Of a stretch of DNA of 64,000 nt, positions 20,184-29,674 are shown one piece after another (position 1 is the first letter of the stretch; each line of letters starts with the position of its first letter). The notes beneath the pieces were generated by a model. The model ran no database searches, was not told where the DNA came from, and saw nothing but the letters and a program-made list of their open reading frames with translations. The position numbers and the translations under genes were made by a program. The stretch comes from an uncultured delta proteobacterium (GTDB lineage: Bacteria; Myxococcota_A; Polyangia; Fen-1088): contig CAVYGB010000006.1 of the NCBI GenBank assembly GCA_963767925.1, positions 224,001-288,000 on the forward strand, read 5' to 3'.

Positions 20184-20347
20184 CCGATTTGACGGCGGGG
20201 ATCAGGGCGAACCATCGACGACAAGGCGATGTGGCTCACGCGAAATTCCGAAGTTTTTGTCAAACGATCGTTATAATCTACGCGCCCAATAGCGCGTATT
20301 AGAGACTGAACCCGCCAGCGCGGTCACAAGGCCCTTCAATCCGCTTA

Positions 20348-21280
20348 GAACCTATCCCAGTAGACCGCACGCGCGCCACGTGATGATTCCGCACGCGAGG
20401 TGAAGCATTGCGAAAAAGGTATCCTCGCGCTTTTCCCAGCGAACCAGGATCCGGCGGAAGCGATTCATCCAACTGTGAGTCCGCTCGACGACCCAACGAC
20501 GCGCGCGAAACCCGGCCCCCTTCTTGATGGCCTTGGCTTCCTCTCCGCGACAACGAATGTGCAGGGTGAATCCGAATGCGGTACCCAACTCCCGGACCTC
20601 GTCGTAGTCGTAGCCCTTGTCGAGGCACATGCCCTGCCGTCTCGTCGCGGTTGGTCGGGGCCGCGGCACGGGGACGCTGTCGACCGTCTCAGCGAACAGC
20701 TTGAAGTCGTTCCGATTTGCGCCGTCGACCGCGAGGCCGAGCGGGACTCCCGCCGCGTCCGTCAACAGGCTTCTCTTGGTCCCGCCCTTGGCGCGATCGG
20801 TTGGGTTTGGACCGATTTTTTTCCCCGCCCAGCGGCGCCTTGGTCATCGCCCCGTCCATCGAAAGCCAACTCCAGTCGATTCCCTTCACGCGGTCGTAGG
20901 CGAGTAACCCGCGACGCCAGAACTCGTGGAACACCCCTCCCTCCGTCCACTCCAGAAAGCGGCGGTGGGCTGACGAGCTTGAACAGAGCCCCGTCGCGTT
21001 CAGAGCGTTCCACGGGCATCCGGTGCGGAGCACGAAGAGGATCGCGTTCATCGCATCGCGATCAGGCACGCGCGGGTTGTGGCAGCCGAGCGGGTGCTGC
21101 GGCCGCGACGGGAGCAGCGGCTCCATCTTTGCCCACAGCTCGTCCGGCAGGCGCCAGCGGTCGTCCTTGGTGATCAGGCCCATGCGCTCCGGAATCGCCC
21201 CATTCTGCAACGAGCGCCAATTTTCTGCTGTTTTCCCTCCGCTCAGGAAAATTGACCGACCGCCCTACTGGGATAGGCTC
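20348..21280 (-). mobile_element. IS5-family insertion sequence, 933 bp, apparently intact
   Basis: 16-bp terminal inverted repeats gaacctatcccagtag (20348-20363) and ctactgggataggctc (21265-21280), one mismatch; TTA direct repeats at 20345-20347 and 21281-21283; transposase inside. Confidence 0.92.
20352..21184 (-). CDS. IS5-family transposase in two overlapping frames joined at an A7 run (about 20816-20822)
   Basis: orfA: LPDELW..NAILFVLRTGCPW..WSWLSMDG..APLGGEK; orfB: IGPNPTDRAKGGTKRSLLTD..CLDKGYD..RWVVERTHSWMNRFRR. Confidence 0.9.
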
Positions 21281-21311
21281 TTAACCCGCGGACGAGACTT
21301 AGGAAACCAGA

Positions 21312-21737
21312 ATGAAAACGCACGCGCAGTCTTATACGGCCCCCACGCTCGCGACCGGACTGGTCCGTCGTCACATCGTCGAGTTCGCCTATCGCCTGGG
21401 ACTGAGCGTTCGGGAGGCGACGGTCCTGGTCCTCGCCGCGGGCTCCGGGCTCCATCGCAAGGCGGCCGCCGATCGCCTGGGATGTAGCCCGGGAACTGTC
21501 GACACGTACTGGCGCCGCATCCTCCGGAAGAGCGGTCAGAGCTCGCAGCTCGAGCTCCTGGCGGTCCTCCTCTCGTACGTCCTCACGAGAAGAGAGCCGC
21601 CTGACCCTCGCGAGCTCTCGCCACCTCCCGATCAGGCGCCCCTGTTCATCCAGGACTTCGAACGTTATTGCGGGGCCATCAACGCCGCGATGGCGTCGCG
21701 GAGCGAAACCCGCAGTCGCGTATTGCCGCTCGATTGA
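21312..21737 (+). CDS. LuxR-type helix-turn-helix transcriptional regulator
   Basis: LSVREATVLVLAAGSGLHRKAAADRLGCSPGTVDTYWRRILRKSG matches the LuxR HTH pattern. Confidence 0.75.
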   Translation: MKTHAQSYTAPTLATGLVRRHIVEFAYRLGLSVREATVLVLAAGSGLHRKAAADRLGCSPGTVDTYWRRILRKSGQSSQLELLAVLLSYVLTRREPPDPRELSPPPDQAPLFIQDFERYCGAINAAMASRSETRSRVLPLD

Positions 21738-21744
21738 GGCCACA

Positions 21745-23127
21745 TTGACAAACAACGCGTTCGTTCCCGCAAGCCGCGCACAGGAGCTGTGGTGGACCGT
21801 GCATTGCCTGACCAGCACCACGCCCGCCGGAAAGATCCTGGCCGCCCGGCGCCTGCGCGCCCCCATCGATCCTGGAATGATGGAGCAGAGCCTGCGGCTG
21901 GCTGCTGCTCGCCACGAGTCCTTGCGGACCGGACTGGTACGCAAGGGCGACCAGCTCATGCAGACCATCGCCCCGGAGGCCCCGGTCACCCTGCGCGTGG
22001 TGGATCTGGTCGATCTGCCGGTGGAGGAAGGCCTGCTGCGGGTGGACGCCATCACAGCGGAGGAGGTGCAGCGCCCCTTCCAGGTCGAGCATCCGCCGCT
22101 GTTTCACTCGGTCCTGGCCCGCCTGGCATCCGACGACTTCGTCCTCCTCGTGACTCTCCTGCACTCCATCTTCGATGAGTTCTCCCAGCAGTTGCTGGTG
22201 GGTGAGCTGCGCGCGCTTTACGCCAGGGTCGCCGGCGCGCCGCACGCCCGCACCCTCGCTCCGCCGACCCAGTTCCGCCAGCTCAGTGGCTGGCAGCTCG
22301 CATGGGAGCGCGACCCCCGGCTCCGGGGCCAGTACGAGTACTGGTCACGAAAGCTCGAGGGATATCAGGCGAAGATTGACCTTCCGGTGCGAAGGCCTCG
22401 CCCCGAGGTCTCGATCGACACCCGCGCCCTTTTCCGGGCCATCTTGCCCGCCGACCGCTGGAAGGCGGCCCTGGCCCTGGCGCGGAGCGAAGCCGTGACG
22501 CCGTTCGCATTGCTCCTCGCCGCTCTTGCCCTCGTGCTCGCCGATCAGTCCGGCCAGGACGAGATCGTCCTCGGAGCGGTCTACGCGAACCGCAGGCTCC
22601 CCTTCACACAGTCGATCATGGGTCTCGTCATGAACATCCTGCTCCTGCGGGCAAACCTGGCCGGCGACCCCACCCTCCGTCAGTTCTTGAAGCAGGTCAC
22701 CCGCGACTGGCTCGAAGCGCTCGAGAACGGCGAGCTGCCTTTCGAGGAGCTGGCCCGGCGGTTCGGGGTCTCCCGGGTGGTGCGGGGGTCGGCACCGGCC
22801 TACGAGGCCCTCGTGAACTTCAACGTTTCGTCGGCGCTGAGCGACGACGATCGCCCATCCTGGATGCAGCCCTGGGTCCCTACCCGGCAGCCGGAGCCGA
22901 CGCCCTGCGCTTGGGCCGGCTGTCCGCTGTTTCTCACCCTGTTCGTTACCGCCGAGGGCTCGCTGCGGGTGGACTTCCGCTACACCGAGGAGCTCCTGGA
23001 GCGAGCGGTCATCAGCCGGCTGGCCGCCCTATATCTCGACCTGCTCGGAGAGCTGCCGCGCCTTCTCGACACCCCCGTATCACGGCTTGGCGCCGTCTTC
23101 AGCCGGGCAGCCGCAGCGAGCCCATGA
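21745..23127 (+). CDS. Stand-alone NRPS condensation domain protein
   Basis: RHESLRT, active site LHSIFDE (catalytic His position kept), YWSRKL, LPFEEL; no A or T domain; TTG start. Confidence 0.85.
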   Translation: MTNNAFVPASRAQELWWTVHCLTSTTPAGKILAARRLRAPIDPGMMEQSLRLAAARHESLRTGLVRKGDQLMQTIAPEAPVTLRVVDLVDLPVEEGLLRVDAITAEEVQRPFQVEHPPLFHSVLARLASDDFVLLVTLLHSIFDEFSQQLLVGELRALYARVAGAPHARTLAPPTQFRQLSGWQLAWERDPRLRGQYEYWSRKLEGYQAKIDLPVRRPRPEVSIDTRALFRAILPADRWKAALALARSEAVTPFALLLAALALVLADQSGQDEIVLGAVYANRRLPFTQSIMGLVMNILLLRANLAGDPTLRQFLKQVTRDWLEALENGELPFEELARRFGVSRVVRGSAPAYEALVNFNVSSALSDDDRPSWMQPWVPTRQPEPTPCAWAGCPLFLTLFVTAEGSLRVDFRYTEELLERAVISRLAALYLDLLGELPRLLDTPVSRLGAVFSRAAAASP

Positions 23128-24940
23128 CCTCTCCGCCGGCTCGAGCCGGCGCCTTCCCGATGGCTGGCAGGCGCCGGCGGCGCCTCGAGGCCCAGAGGAG
23201 CACGCCCGCGACGATGAGGATGCCCCCCCCTGCGGCGACGAAACAAAGTCGCCCGGAGGTGGGGTTGGGAACCGCTGCCAGCGCCAGGACGAGGCCGCCG
23301 TAGGGGAGCGCCAGCAGCCCCAGGGTCCGGAGCTGCAGGCGATCGAGCGCCCGCGTGATCCAGGGGTTCGAGATCACGGGCTGCTCGAGGCGCCGGAAGA
23401 AGGCGGCGGTCGCCAGGTCGAACTGCGGGCGGTTGTACCGGGCGAACCAGGTGGTCCCCAGGAACCAGAGCGAGGACCCGCCCACGCACAGCAGGAGGCC
23501 GACGAAGAACATGGCGCTGTCGCGTTCGGCCTTGGTGAAGGGGGTCTCCAGCCCCAGCAGCCGGCGCACGGTGTCCAGATCGAGCCCCTTCGAGCACCAC
23601 CAGGAGATCAACAACCCGACGATGACCGTCGACCATCCTGACCAGGGCGGGGTTCGCTTGATCACCATCCCCCAGATGAGAGGGATCAGGAAGGGGATCG
23701 CCACCATGGAGCTGAAGAGCATCATGATCTCGAAGAGGCCGAACCCCTGCAGGCGGTCCAGCAGCAGGGCGGCGCCGATGGCCATGAGGCCGAAGAAGGT
23801 CGAGGCCAGCTTGCCAACGAGGACACACTCCCGGTCGGACGCCGCCGGGCGGAGGATAGGCTTGTAGAAGTTCATCACGAAGATGCCGGCGTTCTTGCTG
23901 AGGCCCGGCTCCATGGAATCCATGGTGGTGGCGAAGATGGCCGCCATCATCAGCCCGATCATGCCAGCGGGCATGGTCTTGAGCCCGATGGCCACGTACG
24001 CCCCTTCGCTGAGATTTTTTCCCAGGGGCTTCAACTCCTGGATCACCGAGAGGTCGGGGTACAAGATCGCGGCCGCCATCGGCGGGATGAACCAGAGGAT
24101 CGGACCGATCACGAAGAGGCCCGCCGCCAGGAGGGCGGCCCGGCGGGCGTTCCGGGAGTCCTTGGCGAACAGAAAGCGGTTGGCGTCATTCAAGTTGTTC
24201 GTCGTGCACACCTGCTTGACGAGGGCCGCCACCACCCACAACACCACCAGCTCTGGCCGCATCATGACCGTCCAGTCGAGGTGCTGCGGCGGCAACCGTT
24301 CGACGAAGGTGCTCATGCCACGAACGAACGAGCCGTCGCCCACGGCCTGGACCGCCAGGACGGCCGCCACCACCGAGACCGCCATCAGTATCAGGGTCTG
24401 CATGAAGGCCGAGGCCACGATGGCCCAGGACCCTCCGAGGGCGGAGACGAAGACCACGACCGCTCCGACCACCAGGACGGTGCTCTCGAAGCCCAGCCCG
24501 AAGACGACCGCTCCGAACTTGCTCACGGCGTTGAGCCAGATGCCGGCGTAGAGCGTTCCTATCGGCAGCCACACCCAGGTGAAGAACTGCTCGTTGCTCC
24601 GTCCGAAGCGGTCTCTGACCCCGTCCATGGGTGTGATGACCCGCAGCTGGCGAAACTTGGCCGCGGACCAGAAATAGGCGATCAGGTACCCCAGGGCGTT
24701 GCCCAGGAACAGCACGGACACCATCAAGCCATCGGTGTAGGCCTTGCTGGCCGCACCGGTGAACGTCCAGGCGCTGAACTGGCACATGAAGGCCGTGCTT
24801 CCCCCCAGCCACCAGAGAACGTTTCCGCCGCTGCGGAAGTAGTCGTTCGAGCTCCTGGTAAATTTCCGAAACACCAGCGCCAGGCTGGCCATGAAGGCGA
24901 AAAACACGATCAGCACGGCATAGTCGTATCCTGTCATCAC
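23099..24940 (-). CDS. Sodium:solute symporter family transporter
   Basis: DYFRSGG..WW..FSAWTFTGAA, many TM helices, GMIGLMMAAIFATTM. Confidence 0.9.
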   Translation of the reverse strand: MMTGYDYAVLIVFFAFMASLALVFRKFTRSSNDYFRSGGNVLWWLGGSTAFMCQFSAWTFTGAASKAYTDGLMVSVLFLGNALGYLIAYFWSAAKFRQLRVITPMDGVRDRFGRSNEQFFTWVWLPIGTLYAGIWLNAVSKFGAVVFGLGFESTVLVVGAVVVFVSALGGSWAIVASAFMQTLILMAVSVVAAVLAVQAVGDGSFVRGMSTFVERLPPQHLDWTVMMRPELVVLWVVAALVKQVCTTNNLNDANRFLFAKDSRNARRAALLAAGLFVIGPILWFIPPMAAAILYPDLSVIQELKPLGKNLSEGAYVAIGLKTMPAGMIGLMMAAIFATTMDSMEPGLSKNAGIFVMNFYKPILRPAASDRECVLVGKLASTFFGLMAIGAALLLDRLQGFGLFEIMMLFSSMVAIPFLIPLIWGMVIKRTPPWSGWSTVIVGLLISWWCSKGLDLDTVRRLLGLETPFTKAERDSAMFFVGLLLCVGGSSLWFLGTTWFARYNRPQFDLATAAFFRRLEQPVISNPWITRALDRLQLRTLGLLALPYGGLVLALAAVPNPTSGRLCFVAAGGGILIVAGVLLWASRRRRRLPAIGKAPARAGGEVMGSLRLPG

Positions 24941-24976
24941 GCCTCTCCGGATGGCGGCGCGGGCCCGGGGGAGCAG

Positions 24977-27262
24977 TCACTCCCCGGGGATCGCGCGAGA
25001 ATCGAAGCGAAAGGTCTGCCGGACCAGTCCGCAGTCGGTGGGCAGCTCCGGCGTTGGAATCAAATGGGCAGGCCGGGCAGGCAACCACGCCTCGAGCGCG
25101 CCGTGCCGGGTGTCGACGACGACCAGCTCGATGGTCCCGGGCCTGGCGAGCGTCAGCGAGATGGGCACGCCGCTGGCGGGTGGGTTGTAATAGACGAGGG
25201 CGAACTTCGAGGCCAGGGGCCCGGGCGCGGGGCGGGCAGCGGGCTCGAGGGGGCGGCCGGCAACCGACACCCCTTCGAGCGCCGCGCTGCTGTGCACGTC
25301 AAGCCTGACGGTGGAGCTGCCTCGCGCCGGCACGAGCCGCAGCTCGACCTCGCGGTTCTTGTCGGAGATCCGTTCGATCCGGGACCCGGGCCAGGCCGGC
25401 AGAGCCGTCCCCGCCGACCAGACCGGGGTGTCACGCCCGCCGAAGAAGGGAGCCAGGTTCCCGCGCTGAGGGTTCTTCAGGAGGCTGGCCGTCCACTCGT
25501 CGGTCCTGGGATCTGTGCTCGCCCAGATCGCGGCGCCCCGATCGTTGTCCACCGCCAGCACCAGATGGTTGGTCGCGGGGTTTTCCCGGTCGATGCGCGC
25601 GGAACGAGCGGCCAGCAGGTAGCTCCCCAGGCTGGCCAGCAGCAAGCCCCCGGTCAGGATCCAGCGGGCCCGGCGCATCAACTCGATGGCCAGCGCCACC
25701 AGCGGCACCATCAGCAGCGCGCTCAGGGCGAGGATCGCCAGGCCGGCCCGGAGACCCAGGCCCATCGCGAGCAGGACGACCACCTGGGCGGTGAGAAATA
25801 CCGCCGGCGTCCAGACCAGGACGCGGAGGCCCACGTTCAGAGGCGCGGTACGCGACCGCCGGCTCACTGCCAGCGCCAGACAGGCCGTCAGGGCCGGGAG
25901 GGCGAAGAGGTAGCTTGCCCCGGGCAGGGCCAGCGCCAGCGCCCCAGCCATCGAGGCGAGCAGCGTGAGGTAGGCGAGCAGGAGCTCCCGGCGGATCGCC
26001 CGCTCGGGCCACCAGGACAGACAGCCAAGGAGGACGCCGGCCACCGCCAGAAGAGAGGCCAGCAGAAAACCGTCGCGCTGCTCCCAGCGCACCAGCGAGG
26101 GACCGAGCCACGCGCTCCACAGCGACTGGACGCCGGTGGCGGCGGCCGCCGCCAGTCCCACTGCCCCGATCACCAGCGCCGCCGAGCGGGCGACCTCTCG
26201 GAGCGACAGATCCCGCCGCCCGCGGAGCGCCAGGGACCAGCCCAGGCCGAGCGCGAGCAGGGCGAGCGGCAGGGCCCAGGTGGTGCGATAGTGCAAGAAA
26301 CCTAGGGGCAGACTGGCGTAGACCGCGTCGGCAGAGCCCTTCAGGGGCCCAAGGGGGGTGGCCCGCAGCTGCACGGTGAGGCGATGAGCCGCCCGCGCCT
26401 GCGCGAGCAGGCTGTTCGGATCGATGGCCTCGACGGAGTCACGGACCGTGTGATAACTGGCCGAACGATCGAAGAAGGCCAGGTTGTACCCGGGCCAGCC
26501 CGCCTCCCGAAATACGGTGAAGTCCGTGTCGTTTCCCGAGCGACGGTAAGCAGCCGGGACGAGCGAGCTGGCCCAGACCGGCGCCTCCGACGCTCGCAGC
26601 ACGTCCAACAGGCTCGCCGCCGCCCCGCTGGTCTCGATCAAGACCGGCGGTCCTCCGCTGCCCCGAGCCTCGAGGTTGATGACGACGCCGATCTCGGCGG
26701 CCAGGGGATCGGCGGAGGCGAACGCCCGCGCACCCAGCAGCCCCCGCTCCTCCCCATCGCTGAACAGCAAGACCACCGGATTTGGCTGGGCTGGGCCCGC
26801 CCGGAGCAAGCGGGCCAGCTCCAGCATGGCAGCCACACCGGCGCCGTCGTCAGCCGCGCCGCGCGAGATGGGGGTCGTGTCGTAGTGGCTGGCCACCAGA
26901 ATGGCCCGGGCCCGGGGGTCGGTGCCCGGAATCCGCGCCAGCACGTTCTGCACGTCGGCGACCCGGACCTGAGCTGGCATCTCCTGGAACATTGTCGCCT
27001 TCTGGATCCGGGGTTCCAGACCGTGGCCTCGCAAGGTGGTGACGATGTAGTCCCGGGTCCGGGCGTGATGGGGCGTCCCTGGCGGGCGCGGCGCCCGGGC
27101 GATGGTCTGGAGGTGTCGCCCCAGCCTCTCCAGGGTAGGCTCGGGCCCCCCCAGCCCACGCCTTCCCACGGTTGGCCGGAGCTGCGCCACGGCGGCCCAG
27201 ACCGCCGCCGCGAGCACCAGAGAGGCCGCGGTCCCCGTCAACTTGACCGACACGGGGATCAC
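24977..27262 (-). CDS. M28 metallopeptidase fused to a multi-pass membrane domain
   Basis: ASHYDT, GAADDGAG, DGEERGL, NLEARG, YHT zinc-ligand motifs, then about eight TMs; GTGA overlap with upstream permease. Confidence 0.88.
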   Translation of the reverse strand: MIPVSVKLTGTAASLVLAAAVWAAVAQLRPTVGRRGLGGPEPTLERLGRHLQTIARAPRPPGTPHHARTRDYIVTTLRGHGLEPRIQKATMFQEMPAQVRVADVQNVLARIPGTDPRARAILVASHYDTTPISRGAADDGAGVAAMLELARLLRAGPAQPNPVVLLFSDGEERGLLGARAFASADPLAAEIGVVINLEARGSGGPPVLIETSGAAASLLDVLRASEAPVWASSLVPAAYRRSGNDTDFTVFREAGWPGYNLAFFDRSASYHTVRDSVEAIDPNSLLAQARAAHRLTVQLRATPLGPLKGSADAVYASLPLGFLHYRTTWALPLALLALGLGWSLALRGRRDLSLREVARSAALVIGAVGLAAAAATGVQSLWSAWLGPSLVRWEQRDGFLLASLLAVAGVLLGCLSWWPERAIRRELLLAYLTLLASMAGALALALPGASYLFALPALTACLALAVSRRSRTAPLNVGLRVLVWTPAVFLTAQVVVLLAMGLGLRAGLAILALSALLMVPLVALAIELMRRARWILTGGLLLASLGSYLLAARSARIDRENPATNHLVLAVDNDRGAAIWASTDPRTDEWTASLLKNPQRGNLAPFFGGRDTPVWSAGTALPAWPGSRIERISDKNREVELRLVPARGSSTVRLDVHSSAALEGVSVAGRPLEPAARPAPGPLASKFALVYYNPPASGVPISLTLARPGTIELVVVDTRHGALEAWLPARPAHLIPTPELPTDCGLVRQTFRFDSRAIPGE

Positions 27263-29667
27263 GCGGCGCGGACGGCCCGGGCAGGCTCTATCGAGGTGGC
27301 CCGCGCTGCCGGGATGAGGCTCGCGACAACGCTCACGCAGATGAGCAGGACAGCCACCACGACGGCTAGCGTCCAGCTCTCGTTCAGGACGTTTCCGAGA
27401 AAGCCAGCGAGGACCCGGCGGGCGGCTACCAGGACCGCGACCCCCGCGAGCACACCCATCCCGGAGACAAGCAGCGCCTCTCTCATCACGAGCGCGAAGA
27501 TGCGAGGCCGGGAGGCCCCGAGTGTGAGCCGAATGCCAAAGTCCTTGGTTCGCTGGACCACGAGGTAACTGATGAGGCCATAAAGACCCACGGCGGCCAT
27601 GACCAAGGCCAGCAGGCAAAACGCCATGAGCATCCCGGTCGTCAGGCTCCGACCCGCGAACTGGAGCTCCGAGAACGTCTCGTAAGTCATGACGTTGCTG
27701 ACCGGCTGCTCGGCGTCGACCTGCCACACCCGGGAGGGGAGGCTGGCGAGCAGGGAGGCGGGATCCCCGGAGGTCTTGATCATGAAGGTCATCGCCAGCC
27801 GGGGACTTTGCGGATGAGGCAGGTAGATCGCCGGTCCGAAGACCGCGGACCGGTCCATGAGAACATCTCCCACCACCCCCACGATCCGGCGAGGCGCATC
27901 GAAGATGAAGATCTGCTTGCCCAGAACGTTCCCGTCGGGAAAGTAGCGTCGAGCGAGGGCCTGGCTGACCACCGCCACGAGGTCAGCGGTGATGCTGTCT
28001 TGCGACTGGAAGGTCCGGCCCTGCAGGATCGGGATCGCCAGCAGCTCGAAGTAGCCCAGGCTCACCGCTCGCCAGCTGGCGAGCGGCGCCTCCCCACCGA
28101 CCGCGGCCCGCTGCTCGGGCAAGGTGAAGCGCACGCGGGGATCCGACTGGCTCCTGGGGAGCTGGGTGGTGTAGGCCGCGCCCGAGACGCCCGGCAACTC
28201 GGCCACCTTGCTCCGGATCCGGTCGAACGTGGGCGTGACCGTCTGGGTCGCCGTGAACTGTTCCTTGGCGAACTTCGCCGTGGGCAGCGAAACCCGCATG
28301 GTGACCAGGCCCTCGGCGTCGAAGCCGCCCTGCTGGTTGCGGAGCTTCAGGAAGCCGACGATCATGTCACCTCCCACGACGAGCAGGGAGAGGGCGAGCA
28401 TCACCTCTCCCGCGACAAGCAGGCGGGCGGCGTGACGATACGTTCGACTCTGGCTGCCCGAACGCCCGCTCTCCTGGAGCATCGGACGCAGATTGATCGC
28501 CGACACCTGCAGGGCGGGGGCCATCCCGAAGGCGATTCCCGACAGCATCGAGACGCCAATCGTGAAGGCAAGCACGCTGCCGTCCAGCCGCAACGGGTTC
28601 CAGTATTGACCGGACCAGGCCGTGGCAGCCAGCACCTCGACAGCGAAGGAGCACAACCCGAGCGCCACCGCTCCCCCGATGAGGGCGAGGATGACACTCT
28701 CCACCAGGGACTGACGCATGAGCGCCCAGCGCGATGCCCCCAGCGCGGAGCGGGTCGCCATCTCGAACGCCCGACCTTTGCCCTTGGCGAGCTGAAGATT
28801 GGCCACGTTCGCGCAGGCGATGAGCAAGACCATGATCACCGCCCCCATCAAGATGGCAGTTAGGCGGCGGTCGCGCTCGCCCGGGAAGACCTTGTCGATC
28901 GCCTTCACCAGGACCCCGAAGCCTCCGTTCTCGCGAGGAAACGTCGCGGCCAGCCCGCGCCCGACCTGGCTCATGTCTGCCTGGGCCTGCTCCGGGGTCA
29001 CGCCCTGTCGCAGGCGGCCCACGACCGTCAGGTAGTGATCATCGCGTTTGAGCGTTTCACCCTGCCAGGCCAGCGGCGCCCAGATGTCGCTGCGGGAGGA
29101 AAGATACCAGCCTGGTCGCATCACCCCGATGATGGCGTGCGGCACGCCGTCGAGCCGCACCTGCTTGCCGATCACCGAGCGGTCGCCGTCGAACCGGCGT
29201 TGCCACAGGGCGTGGGAGATGATCGCGACCGGGGCGGCCTGAGACCTTGCTTCATCGGGGGCGAAGCTGCGCCCGAGGAGCGGCGGCGTCCCCAAGGTCT
29301 CGAAGAATCCAGCGCTGACGCGCGCTCCCTGCATCTCCTCGGGCCCGCCTTGATCGAGCATCACGAACTGCGTGCTCTGGTAGGCGCCAAGGTGCTCGAA
29401 GGAGCGATTCTGGCTCCGCCAGTCCACGAAGTTGGCCGGGGCCACGTCCCCGAAGTCCTCGGGGCTCTGGAGCCGGTTCTGGTAGAGCAACATCACCCGC
29501 TCCGGCTCGCGCAGCGGGAGTGGCTGAAGGACCAGGGCGTTCATCACGCTGAACACGACCGAGTTCACGCTGATGCCGAGGGCCAGAGAGAGCGCGGCCG
29601 CCGCACTCAGGAACGGCGTCCGCCGCAGCGAGCGGAGGCCTACCACGATGTCATGTTTGAGGCTCAT
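27259..29667 (-). CDS. Duplicated MacB/FtsX-type (ADOP-like) ABC permease
   Basis: LRSLRRTP..LALGISVNS, LLIACANVANL, second repeat ending PAARATSIEP. Confidence 0.92.
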   Translation of the reverse strand: MSLKHDIVVGLRSLRRTPFLSAAAALSLALGISVNSVVFSVMNALVLQPLPLREPERVMLLYQNRLQSPEDFGDVAPANFVDWRSQNRSFEHLGAYQSTQFVMLDQGGPEEMQGARVSAGFFETLGTPPLLGRSFAPDEARSQAAPVAIISHALWQRRFDGDRSVIGKQVRLDGVPHAIIGVMRPGWYLSSRSDIWAPLAWQGETLKRDDHYLTVVGRLRQGVTPEQAQADMSQVGRGLAATFPRENGGFGVLVKAIDKVFPGERDRRLTAILMGAVIMVLLIACANVANLQLAKGKGRAFEMATRSALGASRWALMRQSLVESVILALIGGAVALGLCSFAVEVLAATAWSGQYWNPLRLDGSVLAFTIGVSMLSGIAFGMAPALQVSAINLRPMLQESGRSGSQSRTYRHAARLLVAGEVMLALSLLVVGGDMIVGFLKLRNQQGGFDAEGLVTMRVSLPTAKFAKEQFTATQTVTPTFDRIRSKVAELPGVSGAAYTTQLPRSQSDPRVRFTLPEQRAAVGGEAPLASWRAVSLGYFELLAIPILQGRTFQSQDSITADLVAVVSQALARRYFPDGNVLGKQIFIFDAPRRIVGVVGDVLMDRSAVFGPAIYLPHPQSPRLAMTFMIKTSGDPASLLASLPSRVWQVDAEQPVSNVMTYETFSELQFAGRSLTTGMLMAFCLLALVMAAVGLYGLISYLVVQRTKDFGIRLTLGASRPRIFALVMREALLVSGMGVLAGVAVLVAARRVLAGFLGNVLNESWTLAVVVAVLLICVSVVASLIPAARATSIEPARAVRAA

Positions 29668-29674
29668 CGTCCCC

